A DNA stretch of 64,000 nt from Thelocarpon superellum (lineage: Eukaryota): contig JAPEUG010000049.1 in NCBI GenBank assembly GCA_026025795.1, forward strand, positions 1 through 64,000, written 5' to 3'. Below, piece by piece: positions 36,201 through 46,707 of the stretch. The position numbers and the translations under genes were made by a program. Numbering within the stretch: the stretch's first letter is position 1; every line of letters starts with the position of its first letter. Below the pieces are notes generated by a model, which made no database searches, was not told where the DNA came from, and worked only from the letters and a program-made list of their open reading frames with translations.

Positions 36201-37791
36201 TCACCGTGGTCCCAGCTTCTCCAGTGCTCTGGGCCCCTGCTCGGCCCATTCGGCGCGCGATATCCACATATTTTCCTTATCGGCCATCTAGTCGTCTTCA
36301 TCAGCTCTCTCTCTCTCTCTCTCTTTCCTCCCCTTCCTCCCCTCAGTGCCCATCTGAGCAGGAGAACGAAGAGGATAGAATAAAGGGACGAGGAGACAAA
36401 GGGGAACCCACAATATTCGCCAGTACTGCTCCGCCTAGGAAGACCATATGTCGTCGACGAGGAGGATCTTCAATGCGAACCTTGAATTTCTGTCACCATC
36501 ACATTTGTTAGCTCTCCCTTCTTACCCCTTTCCATCTCCCGCCTCCATTTCGTCGTGGAAAAGGGGAGGAAACAAACGTTTAGTCTTTCGGGGTCGCCTT
36601 TGAGGACCCGCGTCAACCACAACTGCTTCAGCTCCTTCTCCAACCGGCTCGGCAGACCAGGGTACATGCTGCTGCCGCCGCTGAGCACAATCGCCTTGAA
36701 CAGGCTACTACGCACGTCGACCTCGGCCGCCTGGATGGTGTTGAAGAGGAATTCGGCAATGCCGGGCTGTTCGACGTCGACCAGGTGCGGCTGGAACAGA
36801 CATTCCGGCGCCTCAAATCGCTCGCTGCCCACGCGGATGACCCGGCCGTCCGGGAGGGTGTAGCTCTCCACCAGCACCGTCGTGTCCTCGCTCAGACGCT
36901 GGTCTAGCTCCAGATCGTAGGAGACGTAGCATAGCTTCTCCTTGATCTGCCGCACCGTCTCAAAGTCTGCCGTCCGGTTCAGGGCATAGCCACGGCGTAG
37001 GAGTAGCGCAATCAGCTGGCGCGTCACGTCCCGCCCGGCAACGTCGAGCCGTCGCGTCAGATGGTTGAGCACGGTAGATTCGTAGACGGGGACGATGTGG
37101 GTGACCCCGTCGCCAGAGTCGACCACCACGCCGCTGCTAAGTCCTGCGATGGTCAGCGCGCGCCGTCACCTCGATGGATCCCTCATACCCTGCGCGTACA
37201 AGGCCAGCACCGCTTGGATGGCCACGTACACGCCACCAAACCCATACGTCTCAAACATAACCTCGCACATCTGCTCGCGGTTCTTGAGCGGATTCATCGG
37301 CGGTTCGGTCAGGAGAATCTTGCGGCCGGTCGGGTCAATCTTCATCTTGTCGTAGAAGGTGAAATTCCACAGATGTTGCATGTCGTCCCATTTCTTGACG
37401 ATGCCATTTTCCATCTACGCCACGATCAATTTCGCGCCATCATCACGGGCACGGTGCGGATCCTACCGGGTAGCTGATCTGGAGCATGGCCCGCGCGGCC
37501 GCTGCTTCGTCGCCGCACATGATATCCTTGATGACCAAATCCCCTGCCTTTTCTTCCGTGCGCAGGATGGGTCGGCCGACAATGGAGGGAAACTGATATT
37601 CGGGGAAGTTCTGTGACCACGGCATCAGCGGTGCCTTGGCAATGTGGTGGCATCGGGGGGTCAAAGCTCGATACCTGCGCGGCATACCCAACCTTGAGGA
37701 ACCCCGTCCCTCCATCGAGGACTATCCGACGACGTCAGTGTGAACTCCTCGCGGCACGTGCACCAGCCTCACCTATGGGTGCCTCCGACAT
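36201..37791 (-). CDS. ARP2: Actin-related protein 2
   Basis: Seven exons. Motifs [67 protein letters not shown]. Confidence 0.97.
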
Positions 37792-37944
37792 GGTGAGGAC
37801 TTGACGCACTACGAGAGGGGTGATGAAGGTGGAAGGATGTCTTGAGATCGCAGTGATGCCCCACCACGAGCGCGCGCCTGCGTACTCGCGCGGGTACCGG
37901 CCCTGGTACTCTGGTACGAAGTACGAATACTATGACTGGTAGTG

Positions 37945-37983
37945 TAGGAGCGCGCACGTGATCTGGTCACGTGCCCACTCCTA
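37945..37983. promoter_or_regulatory. Inverted repeat containing twin CACGTG E-boxes upstream of ARP2
   Basis: TAGGAG-cgc-GCACGTGA-tctgg-TCACGTGC-cca-CTCCTA read directly. Confidence 0.5.
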
Positions 37984-38014
37984 TTAGTATCCCGACTACG
38001 CGTAGATTAGCAAT

Positions 38015-38803
38015 TCAGCTCTGATTCCTACAATGTAAAATATTCCCATACAAATTGTATGAACAGATGAAGGTCAAAACGAATTCAACGAGACCGAAGA
38101 CAGCGTAGGCCAGGAAGATAACCTGGTATGCCCACCCACACAGCGTCCCAACCCTCCCCTGTCCCAAGGTGTTGCACAACCCAGCTTGCAGAGATCATGC
38201 CACTGGTGTGGCCGACCTTGCCAATGAGGTCATGCCAGGTGAAGATGTCGCTCCTCACCACATACAGCGTGAGCTGTGCCAGGGTAGAATCCTCAATGGC
38301 GCAAAACAGCCCAATCTCATTTCCTCTGCAGAGGCGATCAGTAGGCCTTGACAATCCACCTCAAGCGCACACTGAAGAAAACCGTTAGCAGGAAAGGGCA
38401 CTCACAAGGGGCTGATCACACCCAAGACAGCCACAGCCAGTAAGATCCAGTAATTGCCCACAGTCGCTAAAACAACCCCACTGCAACTCACCAGCACAGC
38501 GCCCAGCGCCAGCACATGCTGGTGACCCAGCTGGTTGGTGGTCAGGGTGAGGATGCAACTGATGAAGATGTCCCTGATCAGTGTCAGGGTCATGAAGAGG
38601 CTGATCTGTGTCTTGGACACACCCAACGCCACAAGGTAGAGGGCCAGGATCAACGTGGACACACTGTAGGCAAGCATGCGCACGAAGCGCTGCAGCATCA
38701 ACAACCGCACATTTTTGGGCGTGGTGTCGAGCGTCACCAGCCCGATCTCTTTGAAAACCCTCCACACGAGCGCCATGGTCATCTTCTTCATGCACGATGC
38801 CAA
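38015..38803 (-). pseudogene. Truncated, frameshifted MFS transporter pseudogene with CpG-transition hypermutation
   Basis: LQRFVRMLAY..TLILALYL..LFMTLTL..GNYWILL..GVISP|GNEIG..AIEDSTLAQLT..SDIF.W marks a fungal MFS family. Intron 38405-38326 is retained in the DNA. Frameshift at gtgtgggtgggca (~38135). The C-terminal half is absent and CpG is strongly depleted. Confidence 0.85.
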
Positions 38804-39519
38804 GCTCTCGCCCGATACCTAGAACCATGGAAGGGTAGACGCGCGTCTGGGAGAGGCGCCATAAATGTTAAACTTGTACTGCACACCCCACTATGGACTA
38901 TGTTACTGGAGGGGTGGAGGGGTGACGCTTGTGGCACAGCCGTACTTCTGTGTCGTGCTAACGGTCTCGAGGCACGCGTGCGCGCGGGTTCGCTGCTAAG
39001 TTACATGCAGCACCATGGCCGCGCCGAGCGGTTGGCAATTGCCATCGCACTCCAGAGCGGCGTGACAGGTGACGAGCCTTTCCAGCGCCCCAAGCTCGCG
39101 TCTATCTACGCTGAACTTCGGCATCGCCCTTCAAGAAGTCAGACCACGTGTGCTGTGGCCAAAAGCCGGAGTCACTTGACAGAAAGATGTGTGGGAGCGT
39201 GCGGACACGCCCTGCGAGGACGGCCGCTTGGGTGGAGGTGCTCATGGTCAGCAACCATATTGGTGGCCAGATGTGGAGTGCCGGCGCTATCATCTATCTT
39301 CATCCTCATCCGTCTCCAACCTAACCAGGCCCGACCAGGGATACATGAGCCAAGAAAAAGAATTCGTGTCATTACAAGATAAGGTGAAAGCGGCAACAAA
39401 CGGCCAGAAATCTATCCGCTTCCAAGTTCTGTGCCCATTGACACCGTGGGCACGATGAGAAGACATGCAAGTGCATAGCCTTCTCTTCCGGCATGAATCT
39501 CCTAGGCAAGCAGAGCATT

Positions 39520-41604
39520 TCAAGGAGTGATCTGTACCATTTGCGACACGCTGGGGACCCCGGCCGAGTTCAAGGCGAAGAGCATCCAGTACCCTGGGAT
39601 GGCGATGCCCGGGTCGTCTGGCACCTGGAAGGTGAGCGTGTTGGTGCCGACGGTCTGAAAGTCGAGGGGGATGCGCCGTTGATCGGTGTTCACCGTGTGA
39701 GTGGTCGCGGCATATCGAATCAGCGACAGCTCCGTCACCGGCGAGTCGGTGGTGATGGTGACGGAGCCACCCACGGGCACCGTCGCCGCCGACAGGGACT
39801 GGATCACCGGACGCGGCGCCGGTGACCCGTCAGACGCAATCAGGTATGGAGGCGTGAAGATCTGCGCGTCGAAGTGGTTGTAGGCGCATTCAGCGCCGCA
39901 GAGACCTCCACCGCCACTGAAAACGGTGGCATCGGGCATCAGGAGGGCAACGCTGTGGTAATCGCGTGCGATAGAGTTGGCTTGCATTGGGGTAAAGGTC
40001 TGGCTGGTCGGATCCCACAGCTCGGGCGTGAAGTCGACGTTACTGTCCACGAACGGGGCGCCGATGGTCTGGCCGCCGGTGATGAAGACTTGTCCGTTGG
40101 GCAGCGCGACGCCGTTGGCGAAGATGCGTGAGTAGGACATCGACTCGAGCGTCGTGACAGACACATCCCCGCCAGGCGTGTCGATCTGGATCAGGTGTGC
40201 GGCCGCCGTGGCCTCGCTGCCGCTGTAGCTGGGCGACCCGCCCGCGGCCAAGATCTTGCCCTGTACAGCATCGTACATGACCGCGACGCCGGCCATGGCG
40301 TCCCCATCTCCGGCCCGTGGCCCAGCCGCAGTGTAGCTGCCGGTGCCAGAGGTGTCATACCAATTCATCGCGGCACTGGGCCCGGCCTGGAAGACGGAGC
40401 CGCTCTTCCAGGCAAAGAGCCAGGCATGGTTGTCGGCCCGGTAGATCCCCGCCGAGTCGTTGGTGAGCATGGGTGTCACGTCGCAACCGGGCAAGACGGT
40501 CCATGTGTTGGTGGAAGGGTCGAAAATCTCGCCATTCTTCCCGCCCAGGGCGCCACTCCATGAGCCCCCGATGAGAAAGGTCCGTCCGTCGGAGCAAGTG
40601 GCAGACGACTGATAACCTCGGGGGATCTGCAGCTGGGGTCCAGACGTCCACGTGTTCGCGTTCTGGTCCAGGAGACTGGTCGCCGCGTCGTTGGAGCCGC
40701 CGGTGGCGATCACGATTCCGTTGAAGTCGACCGACAAGCCCTCACAGAACATGTCATGGTTGGTGTTGCTGACGACCATCTGCGTCACCGTGTCGGTGCT
40801 CGGATCGTAGGTCGCCGTGCAGGTAACGCCGTACGGGCTGGGTTCGGAGTCGGGCGCCGACGCCGACCACACCACCACCCTCGACGTCTCCGGCTCGATG
40901 GTGGCGGAGACGGGAATGACGGGAAAGTCGATGGTCGGGCCCCACATTCCGAGTCCGCTGGCTGGAGGCGTGTAGCTTGCTGCAGCAAAGACGTTGATCT
41001 CCGCGCCACTGCTCCATGGTCCGCGATTGCCCGCCTCGCTCAGAGCCACGAGACGGACACAGCGGGCCGGCTGGGTCTCGAAGGTGGTGTACTTGGTCAT
41101 GTTGTTGTCGATATAGGTTCCGAAGGCCACGGGCGACCCGAAGTCCGTGCAGTCGGTGCTCAGGAAGATCTGATGCTGCCCGATATTCCCATTCGAACCC
41201 CCCAGTGGATTGCTGGCACCATCCTGTCGAGGCAGATAGGCGATTCCATTCACATTTTCCGTCGTTTGCATGTCGATGGTCACGTTGTGGGGCAGCAGCG
41301 CCAAATCCGGAACCCACTCCGTGTGCCAGTACGTCGTCGGATCGCCGTCAATTAGATTATATGGGATCCACGGCCACTCGAAGCTGTCCGCCGCGATTGT
41401 CCAGCCTGTCTGATTCAAGGCCTGTCCAGAGACTGGCGGGGCCTGTCGCACACGAAGGATGTTGCTCTGAGGCAGGGCAACATCGCGTGCCTCCACCTTG
41501 ACGGCTTCAGGGTGCGGGGGATGGGCGGCAATAGCCCCGGCCACGCCCAGTCTTGCATGCACCGTAACCAGTACCAAGGCACTGATCTTCCATAGTGGGA
41601 GCAT
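39520..41604 (-). CDS. Secreted galactose oxidase-like copper radical oxidase (AA5_2: CBM32/F5_8 + kelch + C-terminal domain)
   Basis: Signal peptide from ATG 41604. F5/8 domain (IDGD..WHT..YLPRQDG..NGNIG). HDMFC (cofactor Cys), RGYQSS (cofactor Tyr), GGSWSG, YRADNH, RDYHS and THTVNTDQRR (Cu ligands). Intronless. Confidence 0.93.
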   Translation of the reverse strand: MLPLWKISALVLVTVHARLGVAGAIAAHPPHPEAVKVEARDVALPQSNILRVRQAPPVSGQALNQTGWTIAADSFEWPWIPYNLIDGDPTTYWHTEWVPDLALLPHNVTIDMQTTENVNGIAYLPRQDGASNPLGGSNGNIGQHQIFLSTDCTDFGSPVAFGTYIDNNMTKYTTFETQPARCVRLVALSEAGNRGPWSSGAEINVFAAASYTPPASGLGMWGPTIDFPVIPVSATIEPETSRVVVWSASAPDSEPSPYGVTCTATYDPSTDTVTQMVVSNTNHDMFCEGLSVDFNGIVIATGGSNDAATSLLDQNANTWTSGPQLQIPRGYQSSATCSDGRTFLIGGSWSGALGGKNGEIFDPSTNTWTVLPGCDVTPMLTNDSAGIYRADNHAWLFAWKSGSVFQAGPSAAMNWYDTSGTGSYTAAGPRAGDGDAMAGVAVMYDAVQGKILAAGGSPSYSGSEATAAAHLIQIDTPGGDVSVTTLESMSYSRIFANGVALPNGQVFITGGQTIGAPFVDSNVDFTPELWDPTSQTFTPMQANSIARDYHSVALLMPDATVFSGGGGLCGAECAYNHFDAQIFTPPYLIASDGSPAPRPVIQSLSAATVPVGGSVTITTDSPVTELSLIRYAATTHTVNTDQRRIPLDFQTVGTNTLTFQVPDDPGIAIPGYWMLFALNSAGVPSVSQMVQITP

Positions 41605-42031
41605 CTCCGATGCGCCGGCGGGGACGATGCAGAGGAGGAGGTAAGCAAATGGAGGGTTAGTCGAGCTTTGAATGGATACCTGGGAGACGAAAGACAGACT
41701 GCCGCGTCTTATGTATGGAAGGTATCGTCTGCCATGGTCGCACCGGAGTGGATTGGTGTTTGCGCATGCGGCAGCTTTCGACAGCGAAGCAGGGCTTCCG
41801 TGGCCATCTGCGCGACACACGGCCGGTGGTGAAGATCCTCAGGAGCCTGCTCCAATCAATGCCCATCAGCGTCGGGAGACCTTCGCCTCCAGTGCTTGCG
41901 CGAAGCTGGTAGACTGGCATGATGTGGGACCCATGCGAAGATCGGTGACCAAAGATCAACCGGACTAACGCAACGGCAGGGCGCGATGAAGGCCGAGTAG
42001 GTCATCCCGAGCGAAGAAGCACCATCTGTTC

Positions 42032-42148
42032 CATAATCGACCAAGCCAACGGGAAGAGAGCACCGTTAGTTTCATGATCGACCAAGCTAACGAGCAGAGT
42101 TGACCGAGACGAAGGCCAGAATGGCAAAGACTTGCATGATCGACCAGG
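42032..42148. repeat. Three dispersed direct repeats CATRATCGACCARG upstream of the galactose oxidase
   Basis: cataatcgaccaagccaacg (42032), catgatcgaccaagctaacg (42073), catgatcgaccagg (42135). Confidence 0.75.
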
Positions 42149-42900
42149 TCGAGGCAATTGTAGGCCGAGATGACAGCCGTGTGGGCCATCCTGACAGGAG
42201 GACAAGGCTGTCCGTGTCTTTCTCACAGTTTGCACTTCCCTAATCCACGCAGCCTCATTGCAGCCAGTGCCACATGTTCAGAACAGTGGCCCGGCACGAG
42301 CGGAGACCGTTTCCGAACATGCCGAAGCGACCGTGGGCCGTGAGCCCAGAGCGAAGACCCAAGTGATCTATTTTCGTACCGAGCGTACCCAGTTGACTTC
42401 AACTCAAGGAGCAATGCGATTCACGCGTCCTAGTTGGGGGATATTACGGGTTGTCGATCGACAAGACTCCGAAGATTACGGGACAGACCGCTAGGTAGGA
42501 GGATGATTTGCCGTAGAATGATGGCCGCTCGGAAAAAAACATGACTAATGGTAACAAAGCAGTAGTTGCCTCTCCTTGAGGCCTTGCTAGGCGCCCCATT
42601 CGCACTAACATAACATACCTGACCGACTGCAAGATCAGAACCCTATGGAATGGATATCTACGGACGCCGCGCCCACTGCCCGTCCCGATCTAGCGGGTGC
42701 GCCCCACCGCCCTACGCTCGCGCGACCCGGGTGGCCCTCGCGCGACCGGGGGTGTGCCGGGGTGCGGCGCAAGTGATCACTGCTGCCTAGCAGCAATTGG
42801 GGGAAGGTCCCGCTTCACCACACATTCCGGCCAATGATCGTGGCGCTCTCCAACTCGCATGTCCACCTGGCAGTGCTGCGCCTCTCTTAGTGCGGGAACC

Positions 42901-42968
42901 CCACGTGAGTCAGGGGCCCCGCGTTGCCACTGTACAGACAGGAGAGGTCACGTGGCGTCCACGTGACC
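42901..42968. promoter_or_regulatory. E-box cluster: CACGTG overlapping TGAGTCA, plus the perfect palindrome GGTCACGTGG-cgt-CCACGTGACC
   Basis: ccacgtgagtca at 42901-42912; 10-bp perfect inverted repeat at 42946-42968. Confidence 0.5.
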
Positions 42969-43393
42969 CTACGGGTCCTCACATCCCTCACACGGAGACG
43001 TGTCGGTCCGCGCCGTTCCATCAGCTACACGTCTAGGAACTCCGTAGGTGCCTTTTTTGCATTTTCTTCACAAGTCTATGGAGACTTCATGGAGCATCTA
43101 AGGTTTAGTCCCACACCTGGATTCCTTAACTGGGCCTTGAAGTTCTGGCGTGGCAAACATCGAGATGAACTATGACATTTTTGAACAGGCCCAACTCTGT
43201 CCGCAATTGCTTTACATGTCACGGCACTCGTCCGACTTGTAGTCTACATTGATACCCCCATGATGAATATCCTTCTGACCCATGGGCGCCGAACCTTTTT
43301 CGAGTGGAGAAGACCGCTGAGTCGTCTGGGTAACAAATGGACTGGTCCTTCGGAACCACGGTCGGCGTCAGCTCCAATATGACGATCGATCGC

Positions 43394-44347
43394 TCACAGC
43401 TCCTCCTCGATAGGTCCAAGATTTCGGCCGGGCAGCTCCCAGATAATGCCCGTGGGGGCGTCGCAGCATGCATATGACGTGTAGGTGGTGTTGCAGACAC
43501 AGGCAAACGGATTGCCCATCGAATCGAGGTAGACGGACTCCAGCTCGTCTTCCGACGCCCTGACCTGAGCGGCTTCCATGGAGAGCTCGCGCTTGCGCCT
43601 CACCTTGCTTCCGAGAGGACGACAACGCCCGAAGCCTCGACCGTTCTCGTGGAAGGCCTGGCACTCGCATCGAGCGACGCTGGAGCTCCTGGGCCGACAG
43701 GCTGGTCTCGATCCATCCGCGACCACGATACAGGTTCGTCCACATTGCCCCCGCGTGGGGTTGATCGACGGCAGTGCGGGTTGTGTGGAATCAGTACCCG
43801 CTGCGGGCATGGCGCAGGTGTATACACCGGCCTCGTCGTGATTCACCGGGCAATTCGCTTCGATGACCTGATACCACGTCGCGTCCGCCGAGTCTGTTCC
43901 CTGTGCGCTCGTCCCCTCACCTGTACCGGGGTCCACACCCCGCCCTCGGAAATTAATCCTCATTTCACCGGACGGCGACGCTTCACTGCTCATGATGAGC
44001 TCTCGGCGGCGGTCTCTTCTGGCAGGGTCTTCACATCCACACGCCGCCATACACAACTGGATCTGGCGAATAATTCTCCCATTGAACATGCTCTCCCCCA
44101 CTGGTTGGCATGCCACTGCGCCCGCTTCATCGCAGATGCATCCGACGTTCTCATCATGCAACGGGCCCGGCGCAGCTGCATCGCACAGCTCGGTTGGGGT
44201 GGCAAAGGGACTCAGCAAGGCCTGGGTCAATTCGTCGGTATTGATCGCGACGCCGGCACATTGCAAGTTCGGAGGAGAGCTAGGATTGTAAGATTTGGCA
44301 CGACACAGCAGCGGCGTCACGGCTACGACCCAGACGAGACACCACAT
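43394..44347 (-). CDS. Cys-rich secreted protein (effector-like)
   Basis: ATG 44347 gives the signal peptide MWCLVWVVAVTPLLCRA. About 20 Cys; basic clusters RRDRRR and RRKR; C-terminal ACVCNTTYTSYACCDAPTGIIWE. A GTACGT donor at 44431 suggests the ORF extension to 44524 is 5'UTR/intron. Confidence 0.75.
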   Translation of the reverse strand: MWCLVWVVAVTPLLCRAKSYNPSSPPNLQCAGVAINTDELTQALLSPFATPTELCDAAAPGPLHDENVGCICDEAGAVACQPVGESMFNGRIIRQIQLCMAACGCEDPARRDRRRELIMSSEASPSGEMRINFRGRGVDPGTGEGTSAQGTDSADATWYQVIEANCPVNHDEAGVYTCAMPAAGTDSTQPALPSINPTRGQCGRTCIVVADGSRPACRPRSSSVARCECQAFHENGRGFGRCRPLGSKVRRKRELSMEAAQVRASEDELESVYLDSMGNPFACVCNTTYTSYACCDAPTGIIWELPGRNLGPIEEEL

Positions 44348-45007
44348 GGCTGTCTGCCGGTGCTGGATCGGTGGGAGACGAGAGCGCTGTCGTGAGACAA
44401 GTATCCAACGGTGTTCCGAGAGTAGACGTACCTCAACCACTTCTAGATAGTGACCGGCGACGTCCTTGGATGGGTGGACGGCTGTGGAAGGACGTCGACT
44501 TGAAATTTCTTCCAGCGACTCCATCCCGAGTTGCCAGGGTCCACAGCGGCTCTTCCAAGCTGACGCGATGCACGCACCACGCTGCGTCTTACATACGATG
44601 ATGACCCGGCTACCGTTCTCCGCTGCGCGAATTTCGTCGGACGCGATGGAGCTGCGCGTCCTCGGACATCCACGTCTATGTCCGTGTCCTTGGCCGAATG
44701 GCTACAAAATGCGTCAGTGACGAGGAGGGAGAAACCTGAATTATAGCTCGGGCGGATCCTTCATGCTGTCAATTCCTAGCACCCTCTGACTACCGCGTCA
44801 TACCGGCGCCAATCTACCAAGGTACAAGGTTCAATAGTCATGCAGTACCATGGAGCCACTGTTGCTCTTTCGTTTTCACTTCTTCATGACTCGTCGTCTT
44901 CTCAACTGCAGCGGTCCGAATTACTCACACGTCGACTGGACCTCTTCATGAGCTCCTTGAGCCCTTGGGCTTCTATGCTCCGATAGATGACTGACTATCT
45001 CTACTCC

Positions 45008-46707
45008 CTACAACCGACCATTCGTACTGTTTCCGTTCACTTCATGCGTTCCGTTTGTTTCGCCCGCGGCACTCTCCTTACCGCCTAGCTCGCAAAAGGC
45101 CTTGTACGTGACGAAGGGCTGCTCGTCAAAGCTCTCAATCACCGCCTCAGCTGTGGCGCCGACAAAGAAGACGTAGCCCGGCTTGAAATCCTCGACCTTG
45201 GGGCCGACGCTGATCTTCCCCGACCCTTGGGTACAGATGAAGATGCTCGGTCCCGCGATCGGCTCGAAGGTCGCCTTGGCCCCCACCTTCTTCAGATCCG
45301 TCTGCACCACGCTAAACTCCTCGATTGGAGGATCATACAGCGTGGCCGATGAGTTGGACGAATACGCCGCGGCCGAGAGCGTGACGTAGGGGTAGTCGAC
45401 CGGCGTCATCTTCTGCTCCGAGATGGGCGCGTAATTGTACGTCAACATCGATGTGAGCGTCGACACGTCCTTGAATTTCGGCGTAAAGCCGGCGCGCACC
45501 ACGTTATCCGATGCCGCCATGCACTCGATGATGTCTGGCCATTCGCACATCAGCGCCAGCACACACCAGGGAAGGATGCAACCGACCGCCGCTGAGATAC
45601 GCGTGGATGTCGTCAGCCTTCAGGAACATCGCCTCACCGGGCTCCATCTTGATGTAATTCAGGAAGAAGAGCACAAAGAGACCAATGTCGCCCGGGAACT
45701 GTCCGTTCAAGCGAATCACCAGCTCAGCCAGTTCCCGACCGCCGTTCGACGGTCCGCCGGCGCCGGCGAATTCTTCTCCCTCTCGGTGCGCGGCCGCGAC
45801 GAGGTCCTCGCTAGCCTTAGTCGTCCCTTCACCCTCGGCCGTCATCAGGGCGGTAAAGACTTCTCTCAGCGCCTTCTTGTTGCTTGCCGTGTCACTCTTC
45901 GTCGTCGATGTCTCTCGCCCGTGGATGGCCGTGGTAAATGCGGTGGCGGCTGAGTCGCCCACGACCTGTCGCAACGAGGGCACCGTAGAGAGAAAGTGGG
46001 CGATCTCGGCCAGAGGACGGAAGCCGCAGAATCCATCAAATGGCGTGATGGCGATGGTCATCTCTGGCTTGTGGTTGTCATCTGTCCCAAAGACCCGCCG
46101 ATGAGCGATTGACGTCACACACCACGTCTGAAATGGACCGAGTACCTTTATAGTTGGTGGGGTCCTTGGCGTGGAGTTGTTCCGCCAGCGTCTTGTCCGG
46201 ATGAGCTTGGATGCTCAGTGCCTTCCGAATCGAGAGAACCTTGAAGAGAAATGGGAGCTTTTGGCCGTACCGCTGGCTGACCTCGGTCGACATCAAGGCT
46301 TGATTGTCTTGCACCAGGTCGAGAAGGGTCCGCTGGGTGACGACATCGCGTGACGGGAGCGAAGGGTGGGTTCCCATCCATAGCTGTAGGACAGCCCATC
46401 ATTCAGTGTCATCGGTGCGTGGATGTGAAAGGAGCTGTCTTCGAAAGGATCTTACCTCCGCGTAGGGCTTCTCTTCGTCGATGGCAAAGCCGTCCGAGGG
46501 AGTTGCCGAAGCATATTTGGCCGCCGCAGATTCCTTGCCCACCTTGCCTATAGACACATCAGCGATGCGAGAGGAATCGGGAGCATCCCGTTCGGCTAAC
46601 CCCAGTCGTAGCTATTGACGCCTACGAGGGGTTAGAGTTGCTTGGTCGAGCACCCGTCGTGATACATGCTCACCGCATTGCAATCGGATGAGGGGAACCT
46701 GCACCAT
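45008..46707 (-). CDS. PMI40: Mannose-6-phosphate isomerase
   Basis: [12 protein letters not shown] (assembled over micro-exons), [63 protein letters not shown]. Confidence 0.96.

Noticed and set aside
38516..39382. 288-aa plus-strand ORF
   Set aside because: The first third is antisense to the MFS pseudogene and the rest has no coding-like composition or motif.
37880..44400. Transposon or Starship boundaries around the accessory island
   Set aside because: No matching terminal inverted repeats, target-site duplication, transposase or tyrosine recombinase ORF seen.
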